A program made the position numbers and the translations under genes. From a virus (Duplodnaviria; Heunggongvirae; Uroviricota; Caudoviricetes), in the IMG/VR virus record IMGVR_UViG_2690316149_000014, positions 1 to 17,767 of that record: a DNA stretch of 17,767 bases; one strand, given 5' to 3'. Within the stretch, counting starts at the first letter, position 1; each line of letters opens with the position of its first letter. Positions 7,206 to 12,931 of this stretch are shown here, piece by piece. Under the pieces are notes generated by a model. The model searched no databases. It was not told the origin of the DNA and saw nothing but the letters and a program-made list of their open reading frames with translations.

Positions 7206-7913
7206 TTATGCCGCCTGTTTTAGTTCGTTAACTCTGATGTTCATTACCTGAACGCATTTAGCCTGCGCATCCTCATTGCCAGCCATTAATTGCCAGTCAT
7301 GCTGATAACGTTCTATGAGTTTTTTCTTGTCAGTTTCTGTTGATGCATAATCGCTGAAGTCTTTCAGGATTTGTTCGCAGTCAACCGATGGAGATTTCTG
7401 GTTGGTATTTTCTGGTGATGGTTTGTTATCTGATGCTGGGATTGCCCATCCCGGCAGCGATGGAGGGAGCCAGTAAAATCCTGTTCCATCTTTCAGTTTT
7501 GCCCTGTGCCATCCCTGCTTTTTATCGAGAGATGTTTGTGCGAAACCTTCCTCAAGGTTATACAGATACCGACCGATTCCCCATTGAACGGCAGCACGCT
7601 TCATTGCACCGGAACGACCACCTTTGACGGCTTCTACCTGCGTGTTTTCAGCAGCATCCCATTTGGTTACCCATTCGGAATCAATCTTGATTGATATGCC
7701 GCATTCAACTCCGCCGTTGTTGGGAATATCGCGGTATTCATTGCGCCATCCTGCTTTGCCGCAAACATCGTCCAGGCGTTTCATGATTGCCCTGTTCGTG
7801 ACATAAGCCAGCACCATAGCCCACACCTTTCCATCGCGTGTTTTACCGCTTTGCTGTATTCGCCATTCGATATCTTCAGGGCTGAATGGCTCATCGAATT
7901 TATTCAAATCCAT
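7206..7913 (-). CDS. Single-strand annealing protein, Rad52/22-like family, 235 aa
   Basis: Motif …GGRSGAMKRAAVQWGIGRYLY… recalled as typical of phage Rad52/22-type recombinases; RBS GAGGTGA; stop abuts the ssb ATG (TAAATG). Confidence 0.65.
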   Translation of the reverse strand: MDLNKFDEPFSPEDIEWRIQQSGKTRDGKVWAMVLAYVTNRAIMKRLDDVCGKAGWRNEYRDIPNNGGVECGISIKIDSEWVTKWDAAENTQVEAVKGGRSGAMKRAAVQWGIGRYLYNLEEGFAQTSLDKKQGWHRAKLKDGTGFYWLPPSLPGWAIPASDNKPSPENTNQKSPSVDCEQILKDFSDYASTETDKKKLIERYQHDWQLMAGNEDAQAKCVQVMNIRVNELKQAA

Positions 7914-8000
7914 AATTCACCTCAGAATGGACATGGCCCAAGGAAATAACGCTGATTTAATACTTCAGTCTTTGCCGCATTTAAAAATACGCGAACACCT

Positions 8001-8171
8001 TCACGATCTCCCTTCTGGCGATACATTAACGCCTGCTGCGTGTACATGCGTCTCTGTAACTTGCTCTCCTTCACTGTGGTTGCAAGTGACATGAATATCT
8101 CCTTCGTTACCGATTAATTCTTTCATCTGACGAATGAATTCTTCGTCTGACCAGTTATCTGTAAAACTCAT
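8001..8171 (-). CDS. Hypothetical small acidic protein, 56 aa
   Basis: Track ORF trimmed to the ATG at 8171, which overlaps the kil-like stop as ATGA. No family recognised. Confidence 0.4.
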   Translation of the reverse strand: MSFTDNWSDEEFIRQMKELIGNEGDIHVTCNHSEGEQVTETHVHAAGVNVSPEGRS

Positions 8172-8320
8172 TTCCTGCGATACCACGGAAGGTTGATAGC
8201 TGATTTCATCGCTTTATTTGCTTCAAGCCACATTTTCGAATCACCAATAAATCTGGCTATTACTGCTTTGTTCTGTGCAGCACGAAGCATCTGGTGATTG
8301 ATGGCTATTTCATTGCGCAT
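8168..8320 (-). CDS. kil: Kil-like small protein, 50 aa (MRNEIAINHQMLRAAQNKAVIARFIGDSKMWLEANKAMKSAINLPWYRRK)
   Basis: Below the track cutoff. Immediately downstream of and overlapping cIII, as kil is in lambda; FIGDxKM motif recalled from Kil proteins. Recollection only. Confidence 0.45.
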   Translation of the reverse strand: MRNEIAINHQMLRAAQNKAVIARFIGDSKMWLEANKAMKSAINLPWYRRK

Positions 8321-8436
8321 AATAAGACCTCAACTCTTTTCCATCCGTCACGTAATTTACGGGTGATTCGTTCAAGTAAAGATTCATTTAGTTGGAAGGC
8401 ACCCATGCGAGCGCCTCCCGCGATTGCGTAAATCAT
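8305..8436 (-). CDS. cIII: CIII-like protein (FtsH/HflB inhibitor), 43 aa (MIYAIAGGARMGAFQLNESLLERITRKLRDGWKRVEVLLCAMK)
   Basis: Below the track cutoff. RBS AAGGA; the core …ESLLERITRKLRDGWKR… matches the recalled central amphipathic helix of lambda CIII. Confidence 0.7.
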   Translation of the reverse strand: MIYAIAGGARMGAFQLNESLLERITRKLRDGWKRVEVLLCAMK

Positions 8437-8460
8437 GGGTGGTTCCTTATGTTGGTTTTA

Positions 8461-9429
8461 TTAGTAGGTTATTTTTGTTGCGAATACTTCGCCTTTTACG
8501 ATGGCTGTTATGATATTTTTAGCAACATCTTCTGATGCGCCAACCTTGATAAGGTCAGCAAGTATTTTGTTATTTACTTCTTTCCGGTGAGCTTTATCCT
8601 TTGCTCTACGCTCTTCTTCGTCCTTGATTCTTTTTTCTTCTGCTATTCTGGCTTGCTCTTTTGCTTCAGCCTCGCGACGGGTTCGTTCAGCCTCCTCCTG
8701 TGCTTTTCTGCGTTCTGCTTCAATTGCTGCCTGCTTTTCTCTTTCAGCTCGTTCTGCTGCCTCTTTTGCTTCGCGCTGTGCTCGTTGCTCGGCTTCAATG
8801 CGTTCACGCTCTGCACGTTCCGCTGCGGCCTTAGCTTCTGCTTCTCGCCTTGCTGCTGCTTCAATTTCGGCTTTTGCCTTTGCTTCGGCTTCTGCTCTGG
8901 CTTTCTCTTCAGCTTCTCTTTTTAATCGTTCTTCATGCTCTCGCTTTTCCTGCTCCGCTTTGAGTCTTGCCTCTTCTCTTTGGCGGTCAAATTCGCGATC
9001 CATCAAAATCGCTATTTCATGGTCAGACTCAATTTGCTTTGCGAGAGCTTCAGCTGCTGCCTTAGCTTCTTCTTCGGCTTTAATCCGCGCCTGTTCTTCC
9101 TCATAATCAGTAAGAGGCTGGCGCGCCTTGGCTTTCAGTTCATCAAGGCGATCACGCACTGTCTTGCGGTTGGCATCAATTAGCTTTGGAATTTCCTTAA
9201 GTTCAGCAACAAGGTCTTTGCCAATACCATCGAGATATGTTTTCGTCTGCGCAACTTTATACGCCAGAGAAGCGATCTCCTTTCTGCCCTTTGCCGTTGT
9301 GATATCAGGCACAAAGGACATAACTTCACGTTCAACCTTTTGAAGGATTTCTTCAATCTGGTCGGCAGACTGAAATACAGTCATTGCATTTGCTTTTTCA
9401 ATAACAACTAAATCTGTTACTTCACTCAT
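8461..9429 (-). CDS. Hypothetical phage protein, 322 aa, with long Glu/Ala/Lys/Arg-rich low-complexity coiled-coil centre
   Basis: Strong RBS GGAGGA; central ~150 aa are EAKR repeats, with matching GC-rich DNA repeats at 8600-9000. Confidence 0.65.
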   Translation of the reverse strand: MSEVTDLVVIEKANAMTVFQSADQIEEILQKVEREVMSFVPDITTAKGRKEIASLAYKVAQTKTYLDGIGKDLVAELKEIPKLIDANRKTVRDRLDELKAKARQPLTDYEEEQARIKAEEEAKAAAEALAKQIESDHEIAILMDREFDRQREEARLKAEQEKREHEERLKREAEEKARAEAEAKAKAEIEAAARREAEAKAAAERAERERIEAEQRAQREAKEAAERAEREKQAAIEAERRKAQEEAERTRREAEAKEQARIAEEKRIKDEEERRAKDKAHRKEVNNKILADLIKVGASEDVAKNIITAIVKGEVFATKITY

Positions 9430-9441
9430 ATATCCTCCATC

Positions 9442-9468
9442 AAAAAAATTGCCCTCACATTAGAGGGC
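9442..9468 (-). terminator. Intrinsic terminator in the leftward early operon (tL1-like): GCCCTC-loop-GAGGGC stem plus U-run
   Basis: Minus strand reads GCCCTCTAATGTGAGGGCAATTTTTTT. Lies between the 156-aa gene and the RBS of the 322-aa gene. Confidence 0.6.
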
Positions 9469-9530
9469 AAAGAAGATTTCCAATAATCAGAACAAGTCGG
9501 CTCCTGTTTAGTTACGAGCGACATTGCTCC

Positions 9531-9558
9531 GTGTATTCACTCGTTGGAATGAATACAC
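9531..9558. other. Perfect 9-bp inverted repeat GTGTATTCA-N10-TGAATACAC
   Basis: Seen directly; the arms contain operator-like half sites (GTATTC/GAATAC) in everted order; no U-run follows. Confidence 0.4.
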
Positions 9559-9572
9559 AGTGCTTATTCGTA

Positions 9573-10043
9573 CTAATAAAACACCCAGTTTTCTGTTTCT
9601 TGGTTGTGTCCAAAGTTATATTCAATATCTGGTGTTGATGTATCAATATTCTTCATCCCATCAACAAGAGTTGATACAACAGCCAAATCTTGTTTGATTC
9701 TCATTAAATGGTATTTCTTCCGGCGCAATAAACTCTCAATGGCAAGTTTCTTCGTTGGGAATGCAAAAGATCTTTCTGCATTTTTTGCTACTTTCTTAAT
9801 TGCATATCTATTTCTCCTTTGTTTCCATTCCTGTAACCACTGATTTGGTGCTGGTTTAAAATTAACAATCCAATGCGCAGGAACCAACCATGCATAATGC
9901 TCTGTCTGATGAAAAGCTATATATTGAAGTGCGAATATTTTTATCCCATCTTCTTCAACTGTCGCCTGGAATCTCCAGAAAACAGGCATTCCATCATGTT
10001 CAGTTTCTGATTCAGGAAAAGGTACGCTCCATGATTTTGTCAT
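9573..10043 (-). CDS. Hypothetical protein, 156 aa, in an AT-rich segment (moron-like)
   Basis: RBS GAGGTGAG; starts 8 nt after the N stop; local GC visibly lower than flanking genes; no recognisable motif. Confidence 0.65.
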   Translation of the reverse strand: MTKSWSVPFPESETEHDGMPVFWRFQATVEEDGIKIFALQYIAFHQTEHYAWLVPAHWIVNFKPAPNQWLQEWKQRRNRYAIKKVAKNAERSFAFPTKKLAIESLLRRKKYHLMRIKQDLAVVSTLVDGMKNIDTSTPDIEYNFGHNQETENWVFY

Positions 10044-10051
10044 ATCTCACC

Positions 10052-10351
10052 TCAAATAAGTGGTTTGCTGCCTAATTTCATTTTCTGGCGACCAACACAA
10101 GTCACACCCATTTCACTGCGTGGCTTGCGGTAGTAAATACGATTCTGTTTACTCTCTACTTCTTCTGCCTTCTTGCAGCGAAGGCTTCCGAGTGATGCTG
10201 CTTTATCTGCTCTGACGCAACCAGAGAGCTTTAGCGCAATTTTTCGCGCCAGTCGCTGCTCTTGCATTGCCTGTTCACGTTGAGCCTGTCTGCGTGCTCT
10301 GCGGCGATTTCTGGCGTTATCGTCAGCCAGATATGTAATGACTACTGTCAT
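10052..10351 (-). CDS. N: N-family transcription antiterminator, 99 aa, with arginine-rich motif
   Basis: Track ORF 10052..10423 trimmed to the ATG at 10351 (RBS GGAGG). N-terminal ARM …NARNRRRARRQAQREQ…; first gene downstream of pL/nutL; matching boxA/boxB sites on both sides of the immunity region. Confidence 0.65.
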   Translation of the reverse strand: MTVVITYLADDNARNRRRARRQAQREQAMQEQRLARKIALKLSGCVRADKAASLGSLRCKKAEEVESKQNRIYYRKPRSEMGVTCVGRQKMKLGSKPLI

Positions 10352-10391
10352 GTTGACCTCCGGGAAGGTACACATCCTTGTGTGTCGATGA

Positions 10392-10511
10392 TTATTTGTT
10401 TTTGCGTTCCCACATCCAGTCATCTACTTCAGACCAGATAGTGAAACCGAAGCAGATGGCGAATGTGGTAACTAAACCACCGAGAATTGGGTTGGTCATG
10501 ATGTCTAACAT
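10392..10511 (-). CDS. Possible small hydrophobic peptide, 39 aa, in the pL leader between nutL and N
   Basis: Below the track cutoff. RBS GAGGAA 6 nt before the ATG; one predicted TM helix. Could be a chance ORF. Confidence 0.25.
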   Translation of the reverse strand: MLDIMTNPILGGLVTTFAICFGFTIWSEVDDWMWERKNK

Positions 10512-10681
10512 TTTCTGTTCCTCAGATGATTAGCTTTGGTGGTGTGGTAGGTGGGAGACCCATTTCGACCCGCTTCGTCCGACTTCAATTCGGCAATAGT
10601 CCCGCAGGCCTCGCCGCTTTACGTGCGACATATTCCCGTCCATGAACCCTTCACCACACCCCAAAGCCAACTACTCTTTGG

Positions 10682-10724
10682 TTCCCGCATTTCGGCGGGA
10701 CAATCCCATCAATGTTAAAGAGCC
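10682..10724 (-). promoter_or_regulatory. nutL-like site: boxA (GGCTCTTTAACA) plus boxB hairpin (UCCCGC-CGAAAU-GCGGGA) in minus-strand transcript sense
   Basis: The boxB RNA is identical to the one at 12381-12398 on the opposite strand; boxA matches the CGCTCTTTA-type consensus. Confidence 0.6.
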
Positions 10725-10770
10725 TGCCAATCTTTTCCGTTTGGCTTCCAGCGTCCTGCTGATGGCTAAA

Positions 10771-10855
10771 GAATACTGTAGGTATTTTATTGTGTAAATA
10801 CCCAAGGTATTTATTTTTGATGAAATAATGATAAACAAATGAATACAAAGGATAT
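10771..10855. promoter_or_regulatory. OL operator cluster / pL region: three sites of form GAATAC-N5-GTATT
   Basis: Sites at ~10771-10786, 10797-10811 and a weaker one at ~10841-10855 share half sites with the OR operators. Confidence 0.55.
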
Positions 10856-10943
10856 TTATTTTTTCCGGTGTCTGCTTGTTCAGTGCTTTTTATGCGGGAT
10901 ATGTGAAGTGGATCCCGATAGCTATTGCTGCCGGGATTATGGG

Positions 10944-11312
10944 TTAGTCAGCGAAGGTTAAGACGAGAATTACCTTAATGATGTCTGCTACAACAGACAC
11001 GGCCATAGATAAACCAAAGACGATCCAAGCCATAGAGATGTCTTCACTACCATCGTATAGGGTTCCGTAATCACTGGTGTAAGGCGTAAATGTCGCGCCT
11101 TGATACAATAGGTATAAGCTTGATCCATAGAGGATAAATGCAGATATCCCTTGTATTGCTATGATCACTAGAATCATGAAACGAGCTGATCTATGCGCCC
11201 AAGCCTGGCTTATTTTTTCTGATAGAGATTTCGCAATAAAAGCATGCGCTAAGCCGTAAATTGTTGAGATTGCCAACATCCCCAAAAAGCTTGCTATAGC
11301 GGTTCCAACCAT
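10944..11312 (-). CDS. Small polytopic membrane protein, 122 aa, ~4 TM helices, in the rex position immediately downstream of cI
   Basis: RBS AAGGGGG; begins 19 nt after the cI stop on the same strand, upstream of OL/pL. No family recognised. Confidence 0.65.
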   Translation of the reverse strand: MVGTAIASFLGMLAISTIYGLAHAFIAKSLSEKISQAWAHRSARFMILVIIAIQGISAFILYGSSLYLLYQGATFTPYTSDYGTLYDGSEDISMAWIVFGLSMAVSVVADIIKVILVLTFAD

Positions 11313-11330
11313 AAGCGCCCCCTTGCGTGA

Positions 11331-12047
11331 TCAAACCAGTCTGAGTTTTGTCTCAATTGCAACGCCTATAATCTTGCAGTTTCCATTGATTGGCACGAGA
11401 GGCCATGCAGGATTAAGTCCCTTGAGGTATTTATTTCCGCCGTCGATTATCAGCTTCTTGAATGTTGCTTCGTTAGAGTCAGAAAGTTTTGCTATGACCA
11501 AGCTGCCGTTGATCGCCTCCCTTCCGGTATCGAAAAGAACGAATGTTCCCTCTGGAATGCTTAACCCAACCGGTGCCGTCATTGAATCACCTTCCACTTT
11601 AAGCCAGAACGCATTACCTTGAATATGCGCGTCAGACTCAAGCCAAACATCTATGTCTTTAATGGTGTATGGTTCGCATGCTTCACACCACGAGCCAGCC
11701 TGGATACTGCTTAACACCGGATACCTCTTTCCTGCTCTGTATTCCCCTGCATACCTTACGTTGGCATCGCTCTTAAGGCTTTCTGCCTGTTCTGCAACCT
11801 TGGCAGCAATTGACTGGCTAAAATCAGCAATTGAGACTTGCAACAATCGTGCAAAACCAGATGCAACCTCAACGTTTAGCGCGTTTCTGCCATTAAGATA
11901 ATGCCCTACCGCTCCTTGGGTGATACCCAGTTCATCAGCGATTGAGTATTGGGTTATTCCCAATTCTTTCTTTTTTGACTCATACAAAGCCTTAAGCCGC
12001 TTAGCGTCTTCGAGCTGTTCTGTCGTCAGTGATTTTTTATTTTCCAT
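11331..12047 (-). CDS. cI: CI-type prophage repressor: N-terminal XRE-family HTH plus C-terminal LexA/S24-like autocleavage domain, 238 aa
   Basis: HTH …QYSIADELGITQGAVGHYLNG…; C-terminal S24 signature …GDSM…/…KL…; no SD before the ATG (leaderless, as for lambda pRM); divergent from cro across an operator region. Confidence 0.9.
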   Translation of the reverse strand: MENKKSLTTEQLEDAKRLKALYESKKKELGITQYSIADELGITQGAVGHYLNGRNALNVEVASGFARLLQVSIADFSQSIAAKVAEQAESLKSDANVRYAGEYRAGKRYPVLSSIQAGSWCEACEPYTIKDIDVWLESDAHIQGNAFWLKVEGDSMTAPVGLSIPEGTFVLFDTGREAINGSLVIAKLSDSNEATFKKLIIDGGNKYLKGLNPAWPLVPINGNCKIIGVAIETKLRLV

Positions 12048-12082
12048 AGCTTAATTCTAATAGCTAAGGTACTTAAACTAAA

Positions 12083-12123
12083 AATACCCTGAGTATTGAT
12101 TGCTTTGAATACCTGTAGTATTC
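12083..12123. promoter_or_regulatory. OR operators with divergent pRM/pR promoters
   Basis: Two sites, AATACCCTGAGTATT (~12083-12097) and GAATACCTGTAGTATTC (~12107-12123), with centres ~25 bp apart. Candidate pR -35 TTGATT / -10 TATTCT; candidate pRM -10 TAGAAT placed for a leaderless cI start. Confidence 0.6.
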
Positions 12124-12153
12124 TTTGTTCATGGTTAATAACGGAGAGTGCAT

Positions 12154-12348
12154 ATGATTCGAATGACACTTGCCGATTACGCCAAAATCCATGGACAGGC
12201 TAAAGCAGCCAGTGACTTTGGTGTAATCCAGTGCGCTATCAGCAAGGCCATTCTGGCAGGCCGTAACATCATGGTTACGGTAAAGCCTGATGGCAGTGTG
12301 ATTGGAGAGGAAGTTCGTCCTTTCCCAAGCAACAAGAAAAACAAATAG
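12154..12348 (+). CDS. cro: Cro repressor, 64 aa from ATG 12154 (track ORF begins at GTG 12148)
   Basis: Recalled similarity to lambda Cro throughout; RBS GGAGAG upstream. Confidence 0.85.
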   Translation: MIRMTLADYAKIHGQAKAASDFGVIQCAISKAILAGRNIMVTVKPDGSVIGEEVRPFPSNKKNK

Positions 12349-12354
12349 TAACAC

Positions 12355-12398
12355 CGCTCTTTAACAGTCATGGTCCTCATTCCCGCCGAAATGCGGGA
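12355..12398 (+). promoter_or_regulatory. nutR-like site: boxA (CGCTCTTTAACA) plus boxB hairpin (TCCCGC-CGAAAT-GCGGGA)
   Basis: Immediately downstream of the cro stop; boxB identical to the nutL copy in transcript sense. Confidence 0.6.
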
Positions 12399-12456
12399 AT
12401 ACAACGCGCATAAGTTGATGCGCATAACTTCTTATTAGTTAAGGAAATACTTACAT

Positions 12457-12735
12457 ATGCAACTTACAAGTACTCGCAAGAAAGCGAATGCAATTACAAG
12501 CAACATCCTGAATCGAATTGCTGTACGTGGTCAGCGAAAGGTTGCCGACGCGTTAGGGATTAATGAATCGCAAATTTCGCGATGGAAAGACAGCTTCATC
12601 CCAAAAATGGGAATGCTTCTGGCTGTTCTTGAATGGGGTGTTGAAGACGAGGAGTTGGCGGAACTGGCTAAGAAAGTAGCCAGAATGCTGACAAAAGAAA
12701 AAGCCCCGAAGAACGGCGAATTCTTCGAGGCCTGA
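12457..12735 (+). CDS. cII: CII transcriptional activator, 92 aa
   Basis: Recalled similarity to lambda CII (…SQISRWK…IPK..MLLAVLEWGV…); position right after cro/nutR. Confidence 0.85.
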   Translation: MQLTSTRKKANAITSNILNRIAVRGQRKVADALGINESQISRWKDSFIPKMGMLLAVLEWGVEDEELAELAKKVARMLTKEKAPKNGEFFEA

Positions 12736-12769
12736 TGTAGAAAGACTGGATCAATCCACAGGAGTAATT

Positions 12770-12931
12770 ATGACAAAACGTCGTAAGAAATACCAGGAAA
12801 AAGAAGAGATTCGACACCCTGATTCACCTGAGGGATTAGTGGTAGCCGCAGCAAATAACAGGGCGTTCGCAGAGCGCCTTGTTGGTGTTTACAGACTAGC
12901 CAAAGCAGGAGTGAAACATGGGCGTCGTTAA
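12770..12931 (+). CDS. Hypothetical small basic protein, 53 aa (MTKRRKKYQEKEEIRHPDSPEGL…)
   Basis: Below the track cutoff. RBS AGGAG 6 nt before the ATG; 3' end overlaps the initiator gene start by 14 nt. Confidence 0.4.
   Translation: MTKRRKKYQEKEEIRHPDSPEGLVVAAANNRAFAERLVGVYRLAKAGVKHGRR

Noticed and set aside
8587-9343. Plus-strand track ORFs (8587..8925, 8624..9106, 8935..9183, 9128..9343) rich in Cys/Ser/Phe/Leu
   Set aside because: Antisense shadow frames of the repetitive EAKR-coding region of the 322-aa minus-strand gene; low-complexity artefacts.
10651-10848. Track ORF of 65 aa on the minus strand
   Set aside because: It lies across the nutL boxA/boxB and OL operator region, has no RBS, and has an implausible composition. 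Read as regulatory DNA.
11323-11901. Plus-strand ORFs 11323..11622 and 11653..11901
   Set aside because: Antisense to the well-supported cI repressor gene.
12141-12181. Apparent 1-nt mismatch between my hand reading of the sequence lines and the ORF-track frame at the cro start
   Set aside because: Most likely my own counting slip. Every other gene I checked agreed with the track, so the track coordinates were treated as authoritative and no frameshift is claimed.
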